The translations under genes were made by a program, and so were the position numbers. Positions 50,752 through 59,680 of a stretch of 64,000 nucleotides of DNA are shown piece by piece; positions within the stretch are counted from its first letter, which is position 1; each line of letters starts with the position of its first letter. The DNA is taken from assembly GCA_000276965.1 (NCBI GenBank), contig AKKQ01000001.1:11129-75128 (forward strand), given 5' to 3'. The stretch is from Thiovulum sp. ES. Lineage in GTDB: Bacteria; Campylobacterota; Campylobacteria; Campylobacterales; Thiovulaceae. The notes under the pieces are model-generated. The model worked only from the letters and a program-made list of their open reading frames with translations, had not been told where the DNA came from and ran no database searches.

Positions 50752-51282
50752 ATGGCACATATAGATTTACCAGAATTTGAGGAGATGTCTCCAAAAATTC
50801 AAGAGTTAGCAAGACCAATTTTAGAAAGAAGCGGAGACCTTGGCGAAATTTTTAAGCTTTTAGCAATTCGTGAAGACATCTATTTTGCAACTGATGGAAT
50901 GGTTCAAAATTACCTCATCAAAGAGACAGAACTTAGTTATGACATTAAAGAATCAATCGCTCTTCTTGTTTCAGTCGAAAACGGCTGTAAAATGTGTGTT
51001 GGAGTTCATAAAAGTATCGCAAAAATGCTTGGTGTTTCTGAAGAGAGAATTGAGCAAGTTCTTTCTGGTGTAGATAATATTGATGCTGAAGATAGAGAAA
51101 AAGAGCTTTTAAGATTTGCAATTCGATCTTCTAAAAAAGACAGCTATAAAATTCTCAAAGAAGATATTGACCATTTAAAAGATTTGGGATACAGCGAAAC
51201 TCAAATTATTGAATGTGTTGCAATTGTGGGATATTTTAACTATATAAATACTATATCAAATGTTTTTGCTTTGGGAGAATAG
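50752..51282 (+). CDS. Carboxymuconolactone decarboxylase / AhpD-like family protein
   Basis: The CxxCxxxH motif (CKMCVGVH) is typical of AhpD-like proteins. Divergent from the MarR gene. Confidence 0.7.
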   Translation: MAHIDLPEFEEMSPKIQELARPILERSGDLGEIFKLLAIREDIYFATDGMVQNYLIKETELSYDIKESIALLVSVENGCKMCVGVHKSIAKMLGVSEERIEQVLSGVDNIDAEDREKELLRFAIRSSKKDSYKILKEDIDHLKDLGYSETQIIECVAIVGYFNYINTISNVFALGE

Positions 51283-51291
51283 TTTTAAAGT

Positions 51292-51367
51292 GGTGTCAAG
51301 AGAGAGATTTGAACTCTCGACCTCCGGCTTATGAGACCAGCGCTCTAACCAACTGAGCTACCTTGAC
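51292..51367 (-). tRNA. tRNA with CAT anticodon (elongator Met, or Ile2 if lysidine-modified), CCA encoded
   Basis: Minus strand reads gtcaagg-ta-gctcagttggttagagc...ct-CAT-aa...gagagttcaaatctctc-ccttgac-a-cca. Confidence 0.85.
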
Positions 51368-51385
51368 TTTAAAATTAGTGGCGGA

Positions 51386-51414
51386 ATTCTACACAAAAAA
51401 AAACTATTTGTCAA
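51386..51414 (-). promoter_or_regulatory. Consensus sigma70-type promoter for tRNA-CAT: TTGACA-N17-TAGAAT plus discriminator TCCGCCAC
   Basis: On the minus strand TTGACA lies at 51409-51414 and TAGAAT at 51386-51391, with a 17-nt spacer. It shares AGTGGCGGAATT with the tRNA-Asn promoter. Confidence 0.55.
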
Positions 51415-51423
51415 AAAATTGAT

Positions 51424-51445
51424 TTGTCGGAATAAAATCCGACAA
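51424..51445. terminator. Hairpin TTGTCGGA-ataaaa-TCCGACAA (family member f)
   Basis: Perfect 8-bp stem starting 5 nt downstream of the M14 gene stop. Confidence 0.65.
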
Positions 51446-51449
51446 AAAA

Positions 51450-54020
51450 TTAGCTTGAGTAGTAGTAGATAATCTTTGGTTCTGAAAAATTTGGCACATT
51501 ATCGTAAGTAAAAACTGCATAGTATTTACTTCGGTCAAGCGAACCAAAGTTGTCATATGTAAAATTGTCTGTTCCACCATAAAGTTTCACTCCATCAGAA
51601 AAGTTTTTTGGTGGATGAAATGAATTCCGCACAACATAACAGCCAGAAAAATCTTCATCTTTTGGATTCTCCCAACTCAATTTAATCATTCCATTTTCAA
51701 CAGAAGTAGATAAATTTGATACTGGTGAAATCGGTTTTTTTCGTCTCTCAATATATTTTAAAACAAGCTTTGGCTCGACCCAACTCATTCTCATTTTTTT
51801 TGTATCATCATTTGGAGAAGAAGCACGAATTATAATTTTTATATGACTCTCTTTTGAGTGAAATTCATCAAGTTTTTTTCTCAGATTGCTGTCAAAAATA
51901 AAAAACTTCTTGCTACCTTCACCAATGTCAAGGTTTGAGACTTCATAGCCGATAAAGTCGATTTTTTCTCTATGTAGAATTGAGTCGTAATCTTCGATAT
52001 TTTCAATATCAACAAGCTCAAGATAAAAACGAATATCTTCACGATTTTGCATCGTGCCTCGTGCTTTTATCTCAACATGTGCCTCTGTAATAACAGTTGT
52101 TTCTGGATTTGGCAAACTCTCTGCAACATCAAATTCCACGAGTCCATAAATACGATCCCCGTTTCCATCAAAACCGACAGAAATTTTATTATCCTCAAAA
52201 GAGCTTCGCGAAATTGTCGAAGTTCTGTTTGGTTCAATTGCCATTTCATTTGACGGAATTTTATATTTTATATCCAAATATGGTCGGTATTCAAGTCCGC
52301 CACCAAATTGCCCATAACCAATGTCAAATTGCATCATTTGAGAATCTTCACCGAGTGGTAGAGTCTTTGGACCTTCCAATTTAAAAACAACTTTTCCTTT
52401 TGAAAGTGCTTTTTGAAAAATTTTCGATTCTAAATATGAGAAATCCCAACTATTCCAAATTCCTTGAGTTAGATTTTCAGATTTCAGAGCATCACCAACG
52501 ACAGCAAGAGTTTCAGCTTTTTCAACCTCATCGAAATTGTAAATATCCGTAATTGTGTCAATATTCAAAAGTGAAATATTCCACTCACCATATTTTTCAA
52601 TTTTTGCACCAACTCTGTTCATCGGATATAGGAAAAGTGAAGCAGAAACAACCTTTGCATTTTCAGGGAGAGCCTGAACTGAAAAAGAGAGAAGTGAAAT
52701 TGAAACACCCTTGTTCTGATTTACCCCAACAAAAAGTGAATTCAAACCAAAATGCTTCTGATTATCTTCAGATTTTTGAGAGATGTATCCAATTTCATTT
52801 TTAATCGGAAAGAGTTTTTTTGAGAATTCATCATTTTGTAAAAGTGTAGTTACTCGAACAACTGGAGCAAATGGAGATTTGATTTTTGTTTTCAAATTCA
52901 CAACCCTAATTGTGTAAAAGTAGAGTGTTCCGCTCTCCAATTGCACATCTGTAAAAGTTGTAACTTTTGTCATTCCAATTCTTGTACTCTCTTCACAAGC
53001 CTCTTTGTCTCGACGATTTCTGTAAATCTCAAAATATATGTCATCTCGAACTTCATAATTCCAAGAAAATGTAATCTCTTTAGATTCCACTTTTGCAATT
53101 GAAAAATTATCTACTCGTTTTGGTGCAAGTTTTGAATAATTTATTGTCTCAGAAAATGCTTTTAAGAGTGCAGGAATATTCTCATTGATACTTTCAGTCA
53201 TGCTTTTCGCATAGTCTGGAATATTTTTTGTTCCAACCTCCACAACTGTTGCGAGAATTCCTCGACTGTAATAAAACTCACGACCGCTACCTGAAATAAG
53301 ATGAGTAGGTGGTTTTCCTCTGTGAATTCCATATGTTCGTCCAGAAACTTTTTTGATTTCATGATTCATGTTTGCACAGAGAATATTTAAATCTGAACCA
53401 TCGATTTCCGCTTCGTGTCGGAATTTATGAGCAGGAAAAAAGACATTTCCTTGAGAGTGATAATCCAGAGCAATTGTAATATTTTGGTGAGATTCCACAA
53501 AATCACGAATAGCACTTGTTTCAGGTTCAGAAAAAGCCTCTTCTCCACCGTAAATATTTGAGCTTTTGTCTTTTGTTTTTGTGAAACCGATTCCAAAGTT
53601 TCGATTTAAATCAACTCCATAACTTCCGTCAGAGTTTTTTCGCCGATTTTTTCTCCAAAATGAGAAGTGCTTTCGCGAATATTCAAAACCGTCTGGATTT
53701 AGAGTTGGAACAATGTAGAGAGCAGAATTTTGCAAACTCTTTTCTAATCGCGGATCAAACTGGTAATTTTGCAAAATATAATCCACAAATTTTATAGAGA
53801 GTTCATTTCCAATCCACTCTCTTGCATGAATTGTTCCTGTATAAAGTAAAGCTGGTTTTGTATCCGCAGTTGCAACATCAAGAGAGAGCGTCGCAAGAAT
53901 TATGTCTCTATTTTCGTGAGTTTTCCCAATAACTGAAACAGAAAGAAGATTTGGAAACTCCTCCGCTTTTTGTCGAAAAAACTGGAGTGTTTCATCATAT
54001 GAATAGTATTGTCTTTTCAA
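51450..54020 (-). CDS. Large M14 zinc carboxypeptidase-domain protein with FN3-like modules
   Basis: The N-terminal M14 domain has GTIHAREWIGNE and DYHSQG. FN3-like segments are present (ITFSWNYEV..., IKLSWENPKDEDFSGCYVVRN). No obvious signal peptide. Confidence 0.75.
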   Translation of the reverse strand: MKRQYYSYDETLQFFRQKAEEFPNLLSVSVIGKTHENRDIILATLSLDVATADTKPALLYTGTIHAREWIGNELSIKFVDYILQNYQFDPRLEKSLQNSALYIVPTLNPDGFEYSRKHFSFWRKNRRKNSDGSYGVDLNRNFGIGFTKTKDKSSNIYGGEEAFSEPETSAIRDFVESHQNITIALDYHSQGNVFFPAHKFRHEAEIDGSDLNILCANMNHEIKKVSGRTYGIHRGKPPTHLISGSGREFYYSRGILATVVEVGTKNIPDYAKSMTESINENIPALLKAFSETINYSKLAPKRVDNFSIAKVESKEITFSWNYEVRDDIYFEIYRNRRDKEACEESTRIGMTKVTTFTDVQLESGTLYFYTIRVVNLKTKIKSPFAPVVRVTTLLQNDEFSKKLFPIKNEIGYISQKSEDNQKHFGLNSLFVGVNQNKGVSISLLSFSVQALPENAKVVSASLFLYPMNRVGAKIEKYGEWNISLLNIDTITDIYNFDEVEKAETLAVVGDALKSENLTQGIWNSWDFSYLESKIFQKALSKGKVVFKLEGPKTLPLGEDSQMMQFDIGYGQFGGGLEYRPYLDIKYKIPSNEMAIEPNRTSTISRSSFEDNKISVGFDGNGDRIYGLVEFDVAESLPNPETTVITEAHVEIKARGTMQNREDIRFYLELVDIENIEDYDSILHREKIDFIGYEVSNLDIGEGSKKFFIFDSNLRKKLDEFHSKESHIKIIIRASSPNDDTKKMRMSWVEPKLVLKYIERRKKPISPVSNLSTSVENGMIKLSWENPKDEDFSGCYVVRNSFHPPKNFSDGVKLYGGTDNFTYDNFGSLDRSKYYAVFTYDNVPNFSEPKIIYYYSS

Positions 54021-54059
54021 AAAAACACCTCTTTTTTAATTAATTGTGAATGTTATCAC

Positions 54060-54818
54060 TTAAAAATTGCAAATAGAATCGGTCAAATATCCAGAAAATT
54101 GGTGGATTTGAAAACATATTTTTTCACCGTTTTTAGAAAGTTCAATTTCAACAATATCTTTTAAAATATGTTTGTATGGATGAGGTTCTTCAGATTTTGC
54201 AAATGCACTCAAAGTAATTCCATTGCTTGTTGGAAAAAGATACGGTCGACCAAATTCATCAAAAAATAGGTTTAATTTGTTTTCAAAAATTTTTGGATTT
54301 GTCCCATATTTAAAGCGGACTTTCTCAATTCCATATTCAAGAGATAAATTCATAGAAGTTTCTGTTAAATTTTCAATTTTATATTTTGCACCAGTCGAAC
54401 TATTTTTAAAAAGTTCTGTCCAAAGTCCATTCAAGTATTTTTGGCTATGCGGATCAATCGCGACTTCATCGGCTTTTATATCGAAATTAAATCTAGTTCT
54501 TGTGGGAGTGTCGGAATAAATTGAGTAATAGAGAAGTTTTTTGTTGTAAATCGTGCTAGTTTCACTTGTTGAAGCTAGTTGAATTTGCCAATAACTTTTA
54601 AACGGAAATTTTTGTCGCAACTCACTTTCAGTTTGTAAAGCAACTTTTTCATCAACCATCGCCAAATGTTGTGTGTAGCGAATGTGTCGCATAAATTGAG
54701 TTTTTGCAACTTCTATTCCTTTTTTATCATCTATTTTAAGAAAAAAAGTCGCAAAAATTGAGACTATCAGAATTACAAAAACTAATTCAAGAAGCGAAAA
54801 AGATTTTCTACAATTCAC
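54060..54818 (-). CDS. Large pseudopilin / type IV pilin-like protein
   Basis: The prepilin-type N-terminus KSFSLLELVFVILIVSIF resembles the Campylobacter Cts pseudopilin leader AFTLLELVFVI. Confidence 0.6.
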   Translation of the reverse strand: MNCRKSFSLLELVFVILIVSIFATFFLKIDDKKGIEVAKTQFMRHIRYTQHLAMVDEKVALQTESELRQKFPFKSYWQIQLASTSETSTIYNKKLLYYSIYSDTPTRTRFNFDIKADEVAIDPHSQKYLNGLWTELFKNSSTGAKYKIENLTETSMNLSLEYGIEKVRFKYGTNPKIFENKLNLFFDEFGRPYLFPTSNGITLSAFAKSEEPHPYKHILKDIVEIELSKNGEKICFQIHQFSGYLTDSICNF

Positions 54819-55074
54819 CTTTTATCATTGCTTCTATTTCGTCAAGCTCTTTTTTTTCTGCTGGAGTTTCTGGTTTTTGTGGTAATGGTTTTGAAACAAC
54901 ACTTGTTTCACTTTGACTACTTGCTTTTATAGAATAGTCGTGAATTTTTTCAACTTTTGGTTCTTCTTTTTTCACTTCTTCAGTTTTTTGTGGCTCTGGA
55001 TTTTCACCCATAAATTCTGCCAAACAACCAGAAAATAGGAAAAACGGTAAAATTAAAAAAGTTTTCTTTAGCAT
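54808..55074 (-). CDS. Small Lys/Glu/Pro-rich lipoprotein
   Basis: Lipobox LFSGC. Overlaps the pseudopilin start by 11 nt. Confidence 0.5.
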   Translation of the reverse strand: MLKKTFLILPFFLFSGCLAEFMGENPEPQKTEEVKKEEPKVEKIHDYSIKASSQSETSVVSKPLPQKPETPAEKKELDEIEAMIKGEL

Positions 55075-55176
55075 TTCAAATTCCCTTTTTTAAAATTCTA
55101 ACAGAGAAAACCATAATTTAAAAAGATGATTATCGTTTGTCGATTCTCTTAATCTACCATAGTTTAAGGAAAAATT

Positions 55177-58100
55177 TTGAAAAAATTGTTTGTTTATCTC
55201 TTTTTGACACTCTCACTTTTTAGTAATGAGCTTGTTGAAATCTATCTTCCAGATGGCGAATGGAAACTTATTGGTGTTCCAGGTCCATTTTATGAGGGTT
55301 CTAGTTCTGCTGATACTTTTAGTAGCACCGATTGGTATGAAGCAAAAGATTTAAATGCAGGTGATACTTATATTGCTCTTACTGATACCGCAGGAACTGT
55401 CTCTATTTGTGATGAAGATTCTGATGTTCTCTGTTTCTCTTTGGAGGATTCAAATTATGAAGTGATTTTTGCCTCTGAGGTTGATAATGATAATATTGAT
55501 ACCTATATTCCTCGCCGAGAAATGTTTGTTTCGTTCGATGGTGGAGTAGATATGAATATTTCCTATCAAGCAGATTTAGAGGGGAATCCATTTGAGATAA
55601 AACTTTTTTCGTCCGCATCAAGCTATGAATTTTATGAGGGAGTTTTAAACTCTTCTTACGGATACTCAAATCCTGCATATTTAACAGTTAAAACAGGAAC
55701 AAGTTCGACTTACACAATGGATTTGAGAAACGACAGTATTATTGATTGGAATTTATCAAACAATCCAGGGAAAAGAGGTCAAGAGGGCGAACTTTCAGAT
55801 TACGAAGAGGCGAATGATCGAGATGCAATTGACTTGAGTCGAGACGAATATTTACAACTCTATTGGCTAAATTCAGTTGGTGGATATTGGGAAATTTTCA
55901 ATTCTGGATATTCTGATACTTACAACGATTTTACAGAAATTGAGAGCGGAAAAGGGTATTGGGCAAGAACAAATAATGCGATAAATGGTGAAACGGGATT
56001 AATTCTTGGCGACGGAAATATTAGTAGCTCAACTTACAATAGCAGATTGGCAGAAGGTTGGAATTTGCTCTCATTTCCAAATGGCAAAATTAGAGAGTCT
56101 GCAACTGGCTTAATAGTTTCAACAACAACAAATATCGCAACAAATAAGACATTTACAATCACTGATGAATTTGGAACAGAAAGTATTGAAATCGAAATGC
56201 TTCAGATTGACTCAACAAATGAAATAGTTGTTGCAATAAATTCCCAAATTGCAGGTGCTATTGAAGATGGAAATCTTTCAGAAGATTTTAATATTCGTGC
56301 TTTTGCATTAAATGATTCAACCAACTCAAATGCTAAATTTATGCTTCTTTCAGATAAAAGATTTAGGCTTTATGACTCAACTGATAATGTTATTGATGAG
56401 GTCAATACGACTGGAGAACAAAATCCATACAGTTTATATGATTATTCATATGACGGAATTTCTGATTTAGATGCAAACGGAACAATGTCAAGATATGGTG
56501 AATATATGCTACTTGTTGTTCCACCAAACGACGGTGATGGTTTTCTGGAAGGAGTTGATGGAAAAGTTCAAGTAAATACAAATACAGCGATTGACATGAA
56601 TGGATTAACGGAAATACCAGAGTTTGCAACTGCTATGGAAGCAGATGACGATATTGACCGAGCAATTCCTGTTGATTTGGATTTAGATGGAGATGTGGAT
56701 TCCGTATTACTTGTGAATAAAGATGAACCGTTTTATATTCGAGATGCTACTTTTACAAAAATTTATCGAGTAGATGACACAGGACACAATGGAGCAACAA
56801 TCTATTTTAATAATGGAATGGATGACGATAATTTTTCAAGTTTCTCTGTTGCAAATGGAGATAGTGCAGGAACAATTGCAACAACTTTTGCAGGTGAAAG
56901 TTTCGGCAGTATGATTGAAGACTCTAGTGGAGATTATATCTATCTTACAACAACAAACCCATCTTTAAAAAATTTCGATCTTTATGATTATGAATCTGAT
57001 GATATTTTTACAAGAATAATTTCCATGAGTGATAACGAAGTTATAGGTGCAATCAAAGCTGTCTATTCAGTTTCAGAACTTGCAAAAGCTGATGTGAATA
57101 AAAGTGTTTATATCTCAAATATTACAACAAATAGTCCTAGCGGAAAATATGTTTCGGTTAAGATTGATGGAGAAGAGACTACTTTTACATCGGTTGGAAC
57201 AGGTGCAGGAAATATATGTATTGAATTAGCTTCACAAATTAATGAATTGGATGTTCCAGTATATGCCGAATGTGATTCGACAAATACAGCTGATGATGAT
57301 TCAAACCTAACCATAACAGGATATTTTACACAAGCAGGTATCAAATCAGATGGTGCCGCAGGTAATAAAATTGAATTAGATGGAGGTGGTGATACAACTT
57401 ATGACTATTCACCAGATTTTGGAAGTGCGGGAATTGGCGGAAGCACTCAAAATACAAGCAACTATTTAACAAGTGATTTGCGATACCGAGCAATTTACAC
57501 ACCAGATTTTCCAACAGAGGAAACAAGCCTCTCATATATTCGAGAACATAACTACTCTGTGGCAAAAATGCTAACTGCGGTAAATAATGTAGATGGTTCA
57601 ACAATTTCTTGGAAATTTATAGATTTAACAGCGGATGAAGATTATTGGTTTAGTAAAAATAATGGTTTTGATTTATTTGATATTGAGCAAGAGCGAGGAT
57701 ATTTTGCATTTTTAGATGAAAAAAATAGTTCGGAAATTGGAATCACATCCTCTCTCGATTTGGAATTTTCGCAACGATTTAATAATGACAATAATAATTC
57801 TGGATTTGCTAAAGCGGGTGAAGTCCTAAATTTGCCAAGTGGAACTTTAAAAGTTGAACTTTCTGGAGATGAAGGAAATCAAACTCGAGTTATTGCAACA
57901 ATTCAGGGAACTGATTACAGAATGACACAAGGAACTTCATCCTATTCTCTTTCAATAGATTTAGAAAATATGCCAAATCTTTATCAGTGGGACTCAAATA
58001 TTACAATTTCCGCTTACGACCTTGATGGCGATACAGGAACAGAGCAAGTCGAACTAAATTTATCAGCACCAGCGACACCAGTTTTTGGATTTTTTGAACA

Positions 58101-59043
58101 TGGAAAAATTATATTTCTCGGAACGACCTCATCGGACTTAGAAGGCTTTCACATGTATAGCGGAGATATTGATGAACGGTATCCAACACCATCAAATATT
58201 GATGGAACAACTTATGTAAAAGATATAACTGTTTATACGGACTACAAAACAAGCGGTAGTGAATATTGTTATGATGAAGATGGTAGCGGTGCTGGTTGTG
58301 CTTCCGGCTACACTTATGGAATGGATTTATATGTTCGCAGTAACATTTATGGAAAAGAGAGTGAAGTTGGTGATTATGGTGTTACGGGAAATGCAAAAGT
58401 TTATGACTATGAATCTGACTCTGTTGGATATGTTGAAAATACGACCGATGATTTGGCAACTCTCTATTTCTTAACTTACAATATTTGCGAAGATGCCCCA
58501 GATTTTGATACAAATAATACAGGTTGGAAATTTGTCGCATACGATGGAAGTGGAACAGTTTCAAATATTCAGTTTCTCCCAGACTGGTATGCAATTTATA
58601 AAAATGCCTCAATTCTTGCTACAAATGATGATATTGAAACAGATCAAGCACCTCGACTTTATGATTCAGATTGCGAACCTGCTTCTTCTAATAGTGTAAA
58701 AGATAATGGTGTTGTTTTGATAGATACAGATTTGACTGATGAGACAAATATCTCAATTGCATATGAAGATATAACTTCTGCTTCAATTACACAAGCACAT
58801 GCAAACCGATTAGGAAATGTTTATATTCAATACAAAGGTTTTGATGTTGCAAGAATACAGTATTCCGCATCTCATTATCTTTCGACATACAACGGTGGAG
58901 AAGAAAAAACAATTCTTTTTGATTTAAACAACACAATGATTTTTGCAACAACTTTTGATGATTTGAATAGTTCAAATATTTTTGATTTAGACGACTCCGC
59001 AATTCAACTAGAAAGCAACCAAAGTATTATGAAGGCATATTAG
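55177..59043 (+). CDS. 1288-aa secreted Asp/Asn/Ser/Thr/Gly/Tyr-rich surface protein, unknown family
   Basis: Signal peptide MKKLFVYLFLTLSLFS (TTG start). FG-GAP/EF-hand-like Ca motif DLDLDGDVDSVLLV and a second DLDGDTG. Almost no Lys/Arg-rich or hydrophobic segments. Confidence 0.75.
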   Translation: MKKLFVYLFLTLSLFSNELVEIYLPDGEWKLIGVPGPFYEGSSSADTFSSTDWYEAKDLNAGDTYIALTDTAGTVSICDEDSDVLCFSLEDSNYEVIFASEVDNDNIDTYIPRREMFVSFDGGVDMNISYQADLEGNPFEIKLFSSASSYEFYEGVLNSSYGYSNPAYLTVKTGTSSTYTMDLRNDSIIDWNLSNNPGKRGQEGELSDYEEANDRDAIDLSRDEYLQLYWLNSVGGYWEIFNSGYSDTYNDFTEIESGKGYWARTNNAINGETGLILGDGNISSSTYNSRLAEGWNLLSFPNGKIRESATGLIVSTTTNIATNKTFTITDEFGTESIEIEMLQIDSTNEIVVAINSQIAGAIEDGNLSEDFNIRAFALNDSTNSNAKFMLLSDKRFRLYDSTDNVIDEVNTTGEQNPYSLYDYSYDGISDLDANGTMSRYGEYMLLVVPPNDGDGFLEGVDGKVQVNTNTAIDMNGLTEIPEFATAMEADDDIDRAIPVDLDLDGDVDSVLLVNKDEPFYIRDATFTKIYRVDDTGHNGATIYFNNGMDDDNFSSFSVANGDSAGTIATTFAGESFGSMIEDSSGDYIYLTTTNPSLKNFDLYDYESDDIFTRIISMSDNEVIGAIKAVYSVSELAKADVNKSVYISNITTNSPSGKYVSVKIDGEETTFTSVGTGAGNICIELASQINELDVPVYAECDSTNTADDDSNLTITGYFTQAGIKSDGAAGNKIELDGGGDTTYDYSPDFGSAGIGGSTQNTSNYLTSDLRYRAIYTPDFPTEETSLSYIREHNYSVAKMLTAVNNVDGSTISWKFIDLTADEDYWFSKNNGFDLFDIEQERGYFAFLDEKNSSEIGITSSLDLEFSQRFNNDNNNSGFAKAGEVLNLPSGTLKVELSGDEGNQTRVIATIQGTDYRMTQGTSSYSLSIDLENMPNLYQWDSNITISAYDLDGDTGTEQVELNLSAPATPVFGFFEHGKIIFLGTTSSDLEGFHMYSGDIDERYPTPSNIDGTTYVKDITVYTDYKTSGSEYCYDEDGSGAGCASGYTYGMDLYVRSNIYGKESEVGDYGVTGNAKVYDYESDSVGYVENTTDDLATLYFLTYNICEDAPDFDTNNTGWKFVAYDGSGTVSNIQFLPDWYAIYKNASILATNDDIETDQAPRLYDSDCEPASSNSVKDNGVVLIDTDLTDETNISIAYEDITSASITQAHANRLGNVYIQYKGFDVARIQYSASHYLSTYNGGEEKTILFDLNNTMIFATTFDDLNSSNIFDLDDSAIQLESNQSIMKAY

Positions 59044-59639
59044 TGGTTTTTTACGATTCCAACTACAATTTTTTAAAAGTAGAGGAATCGCTTTTTAAAA
59101 CTTTAAAATTTGATTCTGTAAATACGATGAGGTCGGAAATTGGAAATGACTTCTCAAATCTATTCTACAAATCAAAATTTCATATTCATAAATTTGAGAA
59201 TATCTGTTGGCTTGAATTTCTTCTTCAAAATAGTGGAAAAGCGATTTTGCAATTTGGAGACGGAAATCTTTACAAAACAGATTTAAATGCGAAAAAATTA
59301 GAAAAGAATTTTGTAGTTCAAATTGGAGAAACTTTAGAATTTATTGAAATATCAAAAATTGATAAAAATGAGTTTGAGAAGTTTTTCCAAATTTTTAAAA
59401 ATAGTGAAAATGAAATTCTTGAAAATTTAAATAAAAATGATTTCAGAAAAGTCCAGCAAAAAATTTTTGCATTAAAAAGATATTTTGTATTTTTTGATGT
59501 TCTTGAACTTAAAAATTATATCTATAAAATTGTTGATGAATTGGAAAAAGAGTCTCCAAATTTTAGAGAAATCACTTTTTGGTGGCTCGATTTTTCAGAA
59601 ATAGCTGAAGACACAAATCAATCTTTTAAATCTCTCTAA
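59043..59639 (+). CDS. Hypothetical 198-aa cytoplasmic protein, translationally coupled to the giant gene
   Basis: The GTG start overlaps the TAG stop of the upstream gene (taGTG). No family recognised. Confidence 0.5.
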   Translation: MVFYDSNYNFLKVEESLFKTLKFDSVNTMRSEIGNDFSNLFYKSKFHIHKFENICWLEFLLQNSGKAILQFGDGNLYKTDLNAKKLEKNFVVQIGETLEFIEISKIDKNEFEKFFQIFKNSENEILENLNKNDFRKVQQKIFALKRYFVFFDVLELKNYIYKIVDELEKESPNFREITFWWLDFSEIAEDTNQSFKSL

Positions 59640-59680
59640 GTAAAATTTAAGTAGAATGTGGGACTACAAATTTCTTCTGG

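Noticed and set aside
59651-59675. Possible third copy of the 23-nt repeat (tgggact at about 59660).
   Set aside because: Only 7 nt match, which is expected by chance.
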